A program made the position numbers and the translations under genes. The notes below the pieces were generated by a model that was given only the letters and a program-made list of their open reading frames with translations, was not told where the DNA came from and made no database searches. 64,000 bases of DNA from Spirochaetia bacterium (lineage in GTDB: Bacteria > Spirochaetota > Spirochaetia > UBA9216). Position 1 is the first letter of the stretch, and every line of letters starts with the position of its first letter. This document shows, piece after piece, positions 30,352 through 40,434 of this stretch. Where the stretch lies: NCBI GenBank assembly GCA_963675665.1, contig OY776510.1:640001-704000 (forward strand), read 5' to 3'.

Positions 30352-31623
30352 CTACCCCATAAGCAGGTTTGGTACGAACAGTATTATTTGAGGAAAAATT
30401 ATTAATAATACAAGAACACCAAACAGCAGAAGATAGAAAGGCAGCAATTCCTTGATCAGATTTTCAATCTTGACCTTGCCGATGTTCGCGACAGTGTACA
30501 GGCTCATACCCACAGGAGGGGTCAAAAGTCCGATCATAAGATTCAGAATCATTATTATTCCGAAGTGAACCGGATCAATTCCGACATTAAGAATAATCGG
30601 CATTATTATGGGTGTAACTATCAATATTGAAGCAGTAGGATCCATAAACATCCCCAGTATAAAAAAGAAAACATTCAGAATAAGCAGGATCAAAATCGGA
30701 TTTGTTGTAACGCCGGTCAGCACCCCAGCCAAAGTCTGCGGGACCTGGCTTAAGGTTAAAAGAAAGCTTAATCCGAATGAAACTGCAATAATACAGCCTA
30801 CAACAGCGGATGTAACCAAAGAATTCAACAGGATTCTGTAAAGCTTCTTTAAATTAAGCTCTTTATACACAAATTTGGATACTATTAAAGCATATACTAC
30901 TGCCACCGCAGCAGCTTCCGTCGGCGTAAAAATCCCGCTGAAAATTCCTCCCAAAAGGATAACCGGTGTCAATAAAGCCCAGAACGCGTTTACAAAAGAT
31001 GAAACCAGTTCCCTGAAAGCAACCTTGCTGTTGCTTCCGTAGTTTCTTTTGACCGAGATATAATAAACCAGCCCCACCATCAGCAACGCTATCAGCAGTC
31101 CCGGTAAAAATCCTGCAAGAAACAATCTTCCTACTGAAACGCCGCCGCTTGCAGCATATATAACCGCCGGAACACTGGGCGGGATTATCGGCCCTATAGT
31201 AGCCGACGCTGCGGTTACAGCCGACGAGAATTCAGGCTCGTAGCCGTTATCGTTCATCGCCTTAATCTCAATCGAACCAAGTCCCCCCGCGTCCGCAATA
31301 GCCGAACCCGACATGCCGGCAAAGATTATGCTGCACAGAATATTTGTATGCGCAAGCCCTCCGCGAATATGACCAACCGAACAATTGGCAAAATTAAAAA
31401 GACGTTTTGTTATTCCGCCCTCATTCATAATATTGCCGGCCAGGATAAAAGCCGGCACCGAAACCAGCACAAAACTGTCAAGGCCTCTTACCATCTGCTG
31501 CAAAAGGGCGTTGAGAGGCACCTGATTGGTAATGGCGTTTATAAAAACCGGCGTGCCTATAGCAAAAAAGACAGGAATTCCTATTATAACTCCTGCAAGT
31601 AATAATATTAGCAATAAAACCAT
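30352..31623 (-). CDS. dctM: TRAP transporter large permease
   Basis: PAFILAG..MN.GG, GMSGSA.AD, IIPPS, TPTEAAA, LTPPVG. Confidence 0.93.
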   Translation of the reverse strand: MVLLLILLLAGVIIGIPVFFAIGTPVFINAITNQVPLNALLQQMVRGLDSFVLVSVPAFILAGNIMNEGGITKRLFNFANCSVGHIRGGLAHTNILCSIIFAGMSGSAIADAGGLGSIEIKAMNDNGYEPEFSSAVTAASATIGPIIPPSVPAVIYAASGGVSVGRLFLAGFLPGLLIALLMVGLVYYISVKRNYGSNSKVAFRELVSSFVNAFWALLTPVILLGGIFSGIFTPTEAAAVAVVYALIVSKFVYKELNLKKLYRILLNSLVTSAVVGCIIAVSFGLSFLLTLSQVPQTLAGVLTGVTTNPILILLILNVFFFILGMFMDPTASILIVTPIIMPIILNVGIDPVHFGIIMILNLMIGLLTPPVGMSLYTVANIGKVKIENLIKELLPFYLLLFGVLVLLIIFPQIILFVPNLLMG

Positions 31624-32117
31624 TATTTATTTTCCTTTTGGGCAATGAAATCAAGAATGATAAAATTGATTTGATTTATCATCATAACAACAGCTGCAAT
31701 AGGAATTGCTATATACACATATAACTGCGATATTCCTGTTGTCGACATCGATACGGTTCTCAGCCTGGTTGCCAGATTAAATCCGTAAACCATCATAAGA
31801 ACAAGAAAACCCAGTATAGAGACATTCAGTAAAATCTTTATGAAGATTTTTGTGAAATTTGGGAAATACCGTTCTGTAAAAAACTCAACCCTCGGATGGG
31901 CCAGTTTACTATGCGCGACGATGCTCCCCATAAAAATCATCCAGATAAAGAAAATTCTGGTAACTTCCTCAATCCATATTAAAGGGTTCCTGAGAACATA
32001 GCGAAAGATAACCTGTGTTGAAATAGAGGCTATTACAAGGACTAACAATAAAACAGAATAGAATTCAAAGACCTTGTTTATATAGTTTAAAACCCTTTGA
32101 AATTTGAATACTTGCAT
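31623..32117 (-). CDS. dctQ: TRAP transporter small permease
   Basis: QVIFRYV...WIEEV.R..FIW..F.G; TAATG coupling to dctM. Confidence 0.88.
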   Translation of the reverse strand: MQVFKFQRVLNYINKVFEFYSVLLLVLVIASISTQVIFRYVLRNPLIWIEEVTRIFFIWMIFMGSIVAHSKLAHPRVEFFTERYFPNFTKIFIKILLNVSILGFLVLMMVYGFNLATRLRTVSMSTTGISQLYVYIAIPIAAVVMMINQINFIILDFIAQKENK

Positions 32118-32148
32118 TGTACAACACTCTTCCTGATAAAAATTATTA

Positions 32149-32179
32149 AAACAGTGGTAATCTGATATTACCACTGTTT
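32149..32179 (-). terminator. 13-bp hairpin after dctP (partial terminator or mRNA stabiliser)
   Basis: AAACAGTGGTAAT-CTGAT-ATTACCACTGTTT. Confidence 0.55.
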
Positions 32180-32218
32180 ATTGATATCTATTTATTTTTT
32201 TTATAAATTTGGGGGTGC

Positions 32219-33238
32219 TTACATTTTCTGAATTTCATCAAAAAATTTCTGCTGATCTTCATTAAACCAGTCTTTCAGCCCCTGCATGGCTTTTGCTCTG
32301 AAAGCCTCAACATCCGGCTCTACAACTGTCATGCCGAGTTCTTCCAAAGTCGCCAGGGTTTCCGATTCGCTTTTTTCTATCAGTTCATCGTTGTAACGGC
32401 CTGCTTCAACTATAGCATCCTTTACAATCTTCTGGTTTTCAGGCGAGAGTTTCTCCAATGATTTCATACTCATATAAACCGTATTTTTGCTGAGTATATG
32501 CCCTGTTAAATTCAAATATTTCTGTGCTTCATAAAATTTGTTTAAATGAATAACTCCCACCGGGTTTTCCTGCCCGTCAACAACTCCCTGCTTAAGTGCA
32601 AGATACAGATCCGCAAAACTTAAAGGAGTCGGTGATCCGCCGATAACTTCGATTGCTTTTATAAAACCGGGAATATCCGGAGTTCTAATCTTGAGACCGA
32701 CAAGATCGTCCGGTGTTTTAACTGGGGTATTCGCCGTTGTTAAATGGCGCATTCCGTAAAACCAGATAGGATCAATAACTGCAATTCCGAGCTGATCTTC
32801 CAGATCATCGTACATTTTCTGCATCATATCGGAATGCGCAACCTTATAAGCATGAGCATAATCGCGATACATAAAAGGTCCCATTACGGTATCCCATAAA
32901 GGAATATCTGAAAAAGCGGGCGCGCCCGGATCTGTCAGGATTATATCGAGAGAACCCATTAATAAATTCTCATAAATCTGGTGGGAATTACCCATCTGGT
33001 TATTCGGATATAACTGAACCTCTATCTCCCCGTTTGATCTCTCTTCAACCAGTTCCTTAAAATATTCCGCTCCCAAAGTATGAGGATGCCCCATGGGATA
33101 GTGGTGAGCAAATTTCAGCACTGTTACCTTTTTGGCAACCGGCGCATCCGCACTGGTACCATCTTCGCCCTGACCTCCTGCAAATACAGCAACTGTGACA
33201 ATTGACAGAATCATCATCATCAAAAAAAACCGTTTCAT
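32219..33238 (-). CDS. dctP: TRAP transporter substrate-binding protein
   Basis: Signal peptide, YPNNQMG, GLKIR, AL.QGVVDGQENP; GGAGG SD before ATG 33238. Confidence 0.92.
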   Translation of the reverse strand: MKRFFLMMMILSIVTVAVFAGGQGEDGTSADAPVAKKVTVLKFAHHYPMGHPHTLGAEYFKELVEERSNGEIEVQLYPNNQMGNSHQIYENLLMGSLDIILTDPGAPAFSDIPLWDTVMGPFMYRDYAHAYKVAHSDMMQKMYDDLEDQLGIAVIDPIWFYGMRHLTTANTPVKTPDDLVGLKIRTPDIPGFIKAIEVIGGSPTPLSFADLYLALKQGVVDGQENPVGVIHLNKFYEAQKYLNLTGHILSKNTVYMSMKSLEKLSPENQKIVKDAIVEAGRYNDELIEKSESETLATLEELGMTVVEPDVEAFRAKAMQGLKDWFNEDQQKFFDEIQKM

Positions 33239-33256
33239 ACGTCCTCCGTGTTTCTC

Positions 33257-33537
33257 ATTTGAAATCATGTTTCAAATCATGTTTTTCATTATCATAAATG
33301 GGAATTATTTTCCTGTCAACAAAAAAACACGATAGTTTTTAATATAGAAAATAACTGATAATTTATATCATATTTTAAATTATTTCTTATCTTATTGTTT
33401 TTATAATATATATCTCACAATATTATTATTAGTAAATACCATATAACAAAAAGTCGTGATAATTTATCCCTAATTATATTTGACAGGAATTTAATCATAT
33501 GATAACATGTTTTTTATATGGAATTGTGTTTCAAATA
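33257..33537. promoter_or_regulatory. Divergent promoters with KdgR-like IclR operators
   Basis: Minus: TTGACA(33319-14)-17-TATGAT, then palindrome ATTTGAAA-TCATG-TTTCAAAT (33257-77). Plus: TTGACA(33480-85)-17-TAACAT, then a related site TATGGAATTGTGTTTCAAATA (about 33517-37). Confidence 0.65.
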
Positions 33538-33649
33538 AGAAACTTTGTACGCTAATTTCTTTTAATAAATTTTATTGTTCAACATAACTTTTATACCGCA
33601 GCATAAATTACAGTTGCAGTCACTATTTATATTACTTAAGGAGCTTTAA

Positions 33650-34480
33650 ATGGATATAAGATATCCCGCACATCCGGAACACGGAAAAACTATGGACACG
33701 GAGAAACTCAGAAAAGAATTTCTGATTCAGAATCTGTTTGTAAAAGACAAGGTAAATCTAACCTACAGCCATGTAGACAGAATAATAACCGCAGGGATTT
33801 GTCCTGCATCAAAACCTCTATCTCTTGACGGCGGAACTGAACTGGCCAGTGATTTCTTCTTTGAACGTCGTGAAGGCGGGGTTATTAACATTGGCGGAGA
33901 CGGTTTGCTGATTCTTGAGGGCAAATCCTTTGAAATGAAAAAGAACGACGGTTACTATATAGGAATGGGAACAAAAGAGATTTCTTTTTCAAGCAAATCA
34001 GAAGAAGATCCCGCAAAATTCTATCTGCTTTCAGGTCCGGCACATAAGGCATATCCTTCAAAATGGATACCGCTTTCAGAGACAAAGGAAGTGCATCTCG
34101 GCTCCCTGGAAGAATCAAACGAAAGAACAATCCATCAGTATGTACATCCTGCGGTTGTTGAAAGCTGTCAGCTCTGTATGGGCATGACAATTCTGGAACC
34201 CAATTGCATCTGGAACACCATGCCCGTTCACACTCACGAACGCAGAATGGAAGTTTATATGTATTTCAATATGGATGAAGATACCGTTGTATTCCATCTA
34301 ATGGGGACCCCGGACGAAACCAGACATGTCGTAATGCGGAATGAGGAAGCAATAATTTCACCAAGCTGGTCCATACACGCAGGGGCCGGAACCAGGAACT
34401 ATACTTTCATATGGGGTATGGTAGGTGAAAACCAGACATTTACCGATATGGACCATGTCGACATGAAGGATTTAAAATAA
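33650..34480 (+). CDS. kduI: 5-dehydro-4-deoxy-D-glucuronate isomerase
   Basis: YSHVDRI, RREGGVINIGG, WNTMP.HTHERRMEVY.YF, SPSWSIH.G.GT.NY.FIW.M.GEN. Confidence 0.96.
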   Translation: MDIRYPAHPEHGKTMDTEKLRKEFLIQNLFVKDKVNLTYSHVDRIITAGICPASKPLSLDGGTELASDFFFERREGGVINIGGDGLLILEGKSFEMKKNDGYYIGMGTKEISFSSKSEEDPAKFYLLSGPAHKAYPSKWIPLSETKEVHLGSLEESNERTIHQYVHPAVVESCQLCMGMTILEPNCIWNTMPVHTHERRMEVYMYFNMDEDTVVFHLMGTPDETRHVVMRNEEAIISPSWSIHAGAGTRNYTFIWGMVGENQTFTDMDHVDMKDLK

Positions 34481-34490
34481 GGAGTAAACA

Positions 34491-35249
34491 ATGGCAATAA
34501 GCTTTGATTTAAGTGGAAAAACCGCAATAGTAACCGGATGCAGTACAGGCCTGGGACAGGGAATCTGTCTCGGAATGGCGGACGCGGGGGCAAATGTAGT
34601 AGGTGTTGACTATGTTGATGCACCGGAAACCGAAAAGATGATAAAAGACACAGGCGGTAAATTCCTGGGAATAAAAGCCGACCTTCTGACGATTGAACCT
34701 GTGCAAAGTATAATAGACAAATCTATAGAAACTTTCGGGGAACTCAATATCCTCGTAAACAACGCGGGAATCATCAGACGTGAAGATTCAATCAACTTTT
34801 CAGAAAAAGACTGGGATGATGTCATGAATATCAATATAAAGACTGTGTTCTTTTTCTGCCAGGCTGCTGCAAAACAATTTTTAAAACAGGGGAAAGGCGG
34901 GAAGATAATTAATATAGCATCAATGCTTTCGTTCCAGGGGGGAATCAGGGTCCCGTCATATACCGCTTCAAAAAGCGGCGTAATGGGTCTTACAAGGCTT
35001 CTTGCCTGCGAATGGGCCAAAGACAACATCAATGTTAACGCTATTGCGCCCGGATATATGAATACAAACAATACGGAACAGCTTCGCAAAGATCCCAAAA
35101 GATCTGCTGAAATACTCAGCAGGATTCCTGCCGACAGATGGGGACTGCCTTTTGATGTAGCAGGACCAGCGGTGTTCCTTGCCTCTCCGGCAGCTGATTA
35201 TGTGAACGGATATACTATTGCAGTCGACGGCGGCTGGCTTGCCAGGTAA
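34491..35249 (+). CDS. kduD: 2-dehydro-3-deoxy-D-gluconate 5-dehydrogenase
   Basis: SDR motifs NNAGIIRR, ASMLSFQGGIRVPSYTASK, VDGGWLAR; follows kduI. Confidence 0.96.
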   Translation: MAISFDLSGKTAIVTGCSTGLGQGICLGMADAGANVVGVDYVDAPETEKMIKDTGGKFLGIKADLLTIEPVQSIIDKSIETFGELNILVNNAGIIRREDSINFSEKDWDDVMNINIKTVFFFCQAAAKQFLKQGKGGKIINIASMLSFQGGIRVPSYTASKSGVMGLTRLLACEWAKDNINVNAIAPGYMNTNNTEQLRKDPKRSAEILSRIPADRWGLPFDVAGPAVFLASPAADYVNGYTIAVDGGWLAR

Positions 35250-35336
35250 TCCCTATTAGCGTCCGGCTTCATGCCGGACTTGTTTAATGTTACACGAATA
35301 AAAACTATCACTATTTTTTCATGTATGGAGAACTCC

Positions 35337-36095
35337 ATGGCCATATCATATACAATACCGGTACTTGAAAAGACATTCTCAATAATTAAATGTATATTGG
35401 AAAAAGAGGATGGCATCACCCTCAGTAATATCGTCAAGGAACTTGAAGCTCCGAAGTCCACTGTTTTTAAAATTCTTCATACACTTGAAAACGAATTGAT
35501 TGTTGAGAAAAAGAATGATCGTTATTTTCTGGGAAACATGCTTATTCATTACGGACTGCATACTCTTACACAACGGGATTTAAAAGCGGTAGCAAAACCG
35601 TTTTTAACATCATTAATGGAAAAAACCGGAGAAACAGCCCATTTGACTGTTGAAGTAGGGATGCAGAGCATGGTTCTTGATGTTGTAATAACCAACAATC
35701 CGATTAACTATACATCACCTGTCGGCACTCTTTTCCCGCTGCATTGTACATCACACGGTAAACTTGTTCTGGCACATACCAAAAATTTTTCATTGGATGA
35801 ATATTTTGAAAATAATAAACTGGTTCAGCGCACAGAGAATACGATCACTCTCTTTGAAGATCTTCAGGAGGAAATTGAAATTATCCGTAAACAGGGATAT
35901 TCAATGGACGAAAAAGAATTCGATAACAATATAAGATGTTGTGCTGCTCCAATAAAAGATAATTATGATAATTTTATCGGAACCGTCGGGATTACTTCAA
36001 CAATTATTACCTTTAATAAAAATAGAATTCCTGAAATAGCACAAGAAGTAAAATACGCAGCCCAAAAGATATCTGTTGAAATGGGCTATCAATAA
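35337..36095 (+). CDS. IclR-family regulator (paralogue 2, KdgR-like role)
   Basis: Same motifs as 27837-28589; GGAGA SD before ATG 35337. Confidence 0.9.
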   Translation: MAISYTIPVLEKTFSIIKCILEKEDGITLSNIVKELEAPKSTVFKILHTLENELIVEKKNDRYFLGNMLIHYGLHTLTQRDLKAVAKPFLTSLMEKTGETAHLTVEVGMQSMVLDVVITNNPINYTSPVGTLFPLHCTSHGKLVLAHTKNFSLDEYFENNKLVQRTENTITLFEDLQEEIEIIRKQGYSMDEKEFDNNIRCCAAPIKDNYDNFIGTVGITSTIITFNKNRIPEIAQEVKYAAQKISVEMGYQ

Positions 36096-36122
36096 TATCA
36101 GCTTATTTCAGATATCCATATT

Positions 36123-36152
36123 AAAAACCGCCCGACACAATGTCGGACGGCT
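36123..36152. terminator. Hairpin between convergent iclR and tkt
   Basis: AAAAACCGCCCGACA-CAA-TGTCGGACGG, with the T-run on the minus strand. Confidence 0.55.
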
Positions 36153-36173
36153 ATAAACTTGTTTGATTATTTT

Positions 36174-38144
36174 TTATCTTTCTATTACGGCTTTCAAATC
36201 CGAGGCTGCAAACCCCAGGTGCTCGGCAACCTTTGTTGCCGGTCCTGATTCGCCGAAACGATCAATGCTGAAAATATCATCGCTTGATGTGGCAAGCTTT
36301 TCCCATCCGTAAGAAACGCCTGCTTCGGCAGTTACAACCCGAACTCCCGCAGGTATAATACTCTCGCGGAAAGCCTTGTCCTGTGAAAGAAATGTATTAA
36401 GATCTGCAATTGAAACGATCCTGACTTTCTTCGAAGAACCTTTAACTGCGTCAAGCGCAAGGTTTACTTCCGAACCGGTTGCAGCAACTACCACGTCCGG
36501 TTTGCCGTCGCAGTCTTTTACAACATAGGCGCCTTTTCGCATATTTGTCTTCCAGTTCGGATCAGCTTTTTCAAATACGGTAAGGTTCTGTCGGGTTAAA
36601 GCAAGCGCCGTCGGCTTATCGGTGGTTTCGGCAGCCATCTGCCATGCAACATTCGTCTCTTCACCGTCGGCCGGTCTAAGGACCTGAAGGTTAGGAATTA
36701 TTCTCATTGAAGCCATATGTTCGATCGGCTGATGCGTCGGCCCGTCCTCTCCGACAAAGATTGAATCGTGGGTAAAAACCCAGATCGACGGAATACCCAT
36801 AAGCGCCGACAATCTGACTGCCGGCCGCATATAATCGACAAAAACAAGAAAGGTCGAACCGTAACTGCGAAGCCCGCCGTGAAGGACCATTCCGTTTACA
36901 ACGCCTCCCATGCCGTGCTCGCGAATACCGAAATGGAAATTGCGTCCGCTGCGATCTGATGCCGAGTAGTCGCCTTTTCCTTTAAGCGTGGTCTTGTTTG
37001 ACGGACCGAGGTCGGCCGAACCGCCGAAGAGATTCGGCATAACTTCAGCTACCGCGTTTATTGCCTTTTCCCCGGAAGATCGAGTGGCTATGCTGTCGCC
37101 GACTTTGTATTCCGGCATGGCGCTGTCCGCAACGGCTACTCCGTCTGCAAACCAGGCGTCCCATTCGGCCTTGAGATCTTTATTGGCGGCAGCCCATGCC
37201 TCAAATGTCGAATTCCATTCAGTATAGGTTTTAGCGCATTTTCCCCTGACCGTCTTAAAATATTCGATTGCCGCCGGATCAACATAGAACTCCTGATCAA
37301 CAGGTATTCCGAGTTTTTCCCGGGTGGCCCTGATTTCTTCAACTCCGAGGGGCGCCCCGTGGGTGTTGTGACTGCCTTCCATTGTGGCGGCCCCTTTTCC
37401 GATAATCCCCTTCATGATAATCATCGTCGGTTTTTTTGTTTCCGCTTTTGCATCGGCAACAAGTCCGGCCAGCTGTTCCGCATCAAAGGCGTCTCCGTTC
37501 AGAACCTGCCAACCGTATGATTCGAACCTTTTCCCGACATCTTCAGAGAAAGCAATACCTGTTTCCCCCTCAATTGTAATCCGGTTTGAGTCATAAAACA
37601 GAATCAGCTTGCCGAGGCCCAAATGTCCGGCAAGAGACGCAGCCTCTGAAGCTACGCCTTCCATCATGCAGCCGTCGCCGTTTATTGCATAAGTGTAGTG
37701 GTCTATTACTTTATGATCGGCAGTGTTGAATTTTTCTGCGAGGATGGTTTCGGCTATCGCCATACCGACAGCGTTGCTGATTCCGGCGCCAAGCGGCCCG
37801 GTAGTTGTATCAACCCCGTCGGTAAAACCGTATTCCGGGTGTCCGGGAGTATTTGAACCGATCTGTCTGAAGTTTTTCAAATCATCGAGCGAGACCTTGT
37901 ATCCGGCCAGATGCAGTATTGAATATATAAGCATTGATCCGTGACCGGCCGATAAAACAAATCTGTCCCTGTCAATCCATTTCGAGTCGGCAGGATTGTG
38001 CTTCATTATTTCGCCGTAAAGCAACGATGCTATTTCAGCATTGCCCATGGGCATTCCCGGATGTCCGGAGTTAGCCTTCTGTACGCCGTCCATCGACAGA
38101 GCCCTGATGCTCTTCGCGGACGCTTTAATTCCTTCCAAATTCAT
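36174..38144 (-). CDS. tkt: Transketolase
   Basis: SGHPG, DRDRFVLSAGHGSM, TPGHPE, GDGC.MEG, FGIREH, GEDGPTHQP. Confidence 0.97.
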   Translation of the reverse strand: MNLEGIKASAKSIRALSMDGVQKANSGHPGMPMGNAEIASLLYGEIMKHNPADSKWIDRDRFVLSAGHGSMLIYSILHLAGYKVSLDDLKNFRQIGSNTPGHPEYGFTDGVDTTTGPLGAGISNAVGMAIAETILAEKFNTADHKVIDHYTYAINGDGCMMEGVASEAASLAGHLGLGKLILFYDSNRITIEGETGIAFSEDVGKRFESYGWQVLNGDAFDAEQLAGLVADAKAETKKPTMIIMKGIIGKGAATMEGSHNTHGAPLGVEEIRATREKLGIPVDQEFYVDPAAIEYFKTVRGKCAKTYTEWNSTFEAWAAANKDLKAEWDAWFADGVAVADSAMPEYKVGDSIATRSSGEKAINAVAEVMPNLFGGSADLGPSNKTTLKGKGDYSASDRSGRNFHFGIREHGMGGVVNGMVLHGGLRSYGSTFLVFVDYMRPAVRLSALMGIPSIWVFTHDSIFVGEDGPTHQPIEHMASMRIIPNLQVLRPADGEETNVAWQMAAETTDKPTALALTRQNLTVFEKADPNWKTNMRKGAYVVKDCDGKPDVVVAATGSEVNLALDAVKGSSKKVRIVSIADLNTFLSQDKAFRESIIPAGVRVVTAEAGVSYGWEKLATSSDDIFSIDRFGESGPATKVAEHLGFAASDLKAVIER

Positions 38145-38259
38145 TTTTTACCCCTTTTAACGAAACGAATAACCCGGAATACGGCCCATCCGCTTCGTTA
38201 ACAATCATGTTGACTTTAAAAACTGCCGTCTTTAAAGATTTAAATTCATTTAACCGGCA

Positions 38260-40326
38260 TTAAACGGGCTGCGCTTCTTTTTTCATCATAACTGCCGCAG
38301 TCGGACAGACTTTAACGCATTCGCCGCAGCCGTCGCAGGTTGTATTAACAAGAGATTTTCCGAACGGCGCCCTCATCCTGGTTACAAAACCGCGGTTTAC
38401 GTATGCAAGGACATCAAGGCCCTTGATTTCAGCACAGGCCCTGACACAGTTGCCGCAGTTGATACATTTACTGAATTCCATCTTTACAAGTTCATGGCTT
38501 TTATCAACTTCGTATTCGCGTCTTTCTCCGCCGAAATAATTCTGATCCGCCCCGTATCGGGTTGCATAATCACGAAGCTTGCAATCGTCTGCAGCGTCGC
38601 ATCCGCATTTCAGGCATCGCTCAGCTTCTTTTCGGGCGGCTTCGACAGAAAAGCCTGTTTCAATTTCAGTAAATGTTGAAACACGGACATCATCGGTAAT
38701 TTCAGGCATTACAACCTTGTCCTGCTTTTCTACGTCTTCAAATAATTTTTCGCTTACGTCTTTTAATTCACCCATCCGGGAGTTGAAAAGTTCTTTTTCT
38801 CCGACGACTTTTTCGCCTTTCAGATACTGATCCATTGAGACGGCAGCCTTTCTTCCGGCGCCTACGGCCCTGACTGCAATATCGGCACCGGTCTGACAGT
38901 CGCCGCATGTAAAAATTCCCGGGCGGTTGGTCATAAAGGTTTTTTCATCGCAAAGGACAGTTCCCCATCTTGTAAGCTCAACGCCTATTTCATCTACAAA
39001 ATCAGCCTTGACCTTCTGACCGATAGCGGCGATAACCGAACTTACCTTTATCTTGTACCCGGACCCTTCAACCGGAACCGGGCGTCTTCTGCCGCTGGCA
39101 TCAGGCTCACCGAGTTCCATTTTAATACATTCAACAACAAGCTCGCTGCCTGATTTCTCAATGGCCGTCGGAGCGTTAAGGTATTCGATTTTAACACCTT
39201 CATGAAGCGCTTCATCAATTTCCCATTCGCTTGCAGGCATTTCAGCGCGGGTCCGGCGATAAAGAATTGTTACGTCGGCGCCCTTCCTGATTGCCGAACG
39301 GGCGGCATCAATGGCAGTATTTCCTCCGCCTATAACAACAACTTTGTTTCCTATTTCAGGTTCTTCACCCTCGGCAAGTTTTCCAAGGTAATCGATTCCG
39401 GAATATACACCTTCAAGGTCCTCTCCAGGCACACGGGCTGAAGAAGCAGCCTGGGCGCCTACAGCAATCAGCAGTGAATCGAAACCTGTTTCAAGTTCCT
39501 TGACGCTGATATCTTTTCCCACCTCGTTTTCGTATTTTACTTCAACGCCAAGTTTTTCAACATCTCCGAACTGATCATTGAGAACATCGTCCGGCAGGCG
39601 GTAATACGGTATGCCGTAACGAAGCATTCCGCCGGATTTTTTATGCGCTTCAAACACGGTAACATCATGACCCTGCAACCTTAAAAAATAAGCTGCCGTC
39701 ATACCGGCAGGACCGGCGCCTATGATTGCCACCTTTTTACCGGTTGGAGCGCCGACCGGCGGCAGATCGCGCTTTCCGTCGAGTTCATTGTACTCATAGT
39801 CGGAAATATAGCGCTTCATGTAGCAGATCGACATTGAATCTTCAACGCGGTTTCTTCGGCATGCATCCTCGCAGGGCCTGGGACAGATGCGTCCGAGCGC
39901 TCCGCCTATGGGTGCTTTTTCACGTATAAGCTTTGCAGCCTCAAGTTCCTTTCCTTCGGCGACAAGCGACATAAAACCTTTAATATCAATTGACGCCGGG
40001 CAGGCGTCCTCACAGGGCGGCAGACAGTCTCCGCAATGATCTGAAAGAAGCAGGTTCAGACACATCCGTCTGGCTGCGTCGATTTCTTCCGATTCCACCG
40101 TTACGGTCATTCCGTCGCGGACCTTTGTTGAACAGGACGGCACAAGATTTCCCTTTCCACCTTCAACCTTTACCGCACAGATAAAACAGCTTGTGAACGG
40201 CTTCAGATTCTCCGAATGGCAAAAGGTCGGCAGGTCAAACCCTGCTTTCCGTGCAGCATCCAGAATCGTGGAGTCTGCTTCAACCTGTACATCTATATTG
40301 TTAATCTTTACTGTAACTTCAGACAT
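38260..40326 (-). CDS. NADPH-linked FAD/Fe-S oxidoreductase (NuoG-like N-terminus, GltD-like core, 2x[4Fe-4S]); StnC/NfnA-like
   Basis: 2Fe-2S Cys set, HCGDC..PC...CP, GAGPAG, GGGNTA.D..., YRR, C-terminal CINCGNC/CDGCGEC. No H-cluster or Mo domain. Confidence 0.85.
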   Translation of the reverse strand: MSEVTVKINNIDVQVEADSTILDAARKAGFDLPTFCHSENLKPFTSCFICAVKVEGGKGNLVPSCSTKVRDGMTVTVESEEIDAARRMCLNLLLSDHCGDCLPPCEDACPASIDIKGFMSLVAEGKELEAAKLIREKAPIGGALGRICPRPCEDACRRNRVEDSMSICYMKRYISDYEYNELDGKRDLPPVGAPTGKKVAIIGAGPAGMTAAYFLRLQGHDVTVFEAHKKSGGMLRYGIPYYRLPDDVLNDQFGDVEKLGVEVKYENEVGKDISVKELETGFDSLLIAVGAQAASSARVPGEDLEGVYSGIDYLGKLAEGEEPEIGNKVVVIGGGNTAIDAARSAIRKGADVTILYRRTRAEMPASEWEIDEALHEGVKIEYLNAPTAIEKSGSELVVECIKMELGEPDASGRRRPVPVEGSGYKIKVSSVIAAIGQKVKADFVDEIGVELTRWGTVLCDEKTFMTNRPGIFTCGDCQTGADIAVRAVGAGRKAAVSMDQYLKGEKVVGEKELFNSRMGELKDVSEKLFEDVEKQDKVVMPEITDDVRVSTFTEIETGFSVEAARKEAERCLKCGCDAADDCKLRDYATRYGADQNYFGGERREYEVDKSHELVKMEFSKCINCGNCVRACAEIKGLDVLAYVNRGFVTRMRAPFGKSLVNTTCDGCGECVKVCPTAAVMMKKEAQPV

Positions 40327-40339
40327 ATTATTACTCCCA

Positions 40340-40404
40340 AATAATCATTCTGCCACGATGGCAGATTATTGAAATGAAGTTTGACAAACGATTGTCAAAC
40401 TTCA
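40340..40404. other. Two intergenic hairpins inside the Stn/Nfn-like operon
   Basis: TCTGCCA-CGA-TGGCAGA and a perfect 13-bp TGAAGTTTGACAA-ACGA-TTGTCAAACTTCA (40375-404). Confidence 0.6.
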
Positions 40405-40434
40405 AAATAATAAAAGTACAGGGAAGTACTTTTA

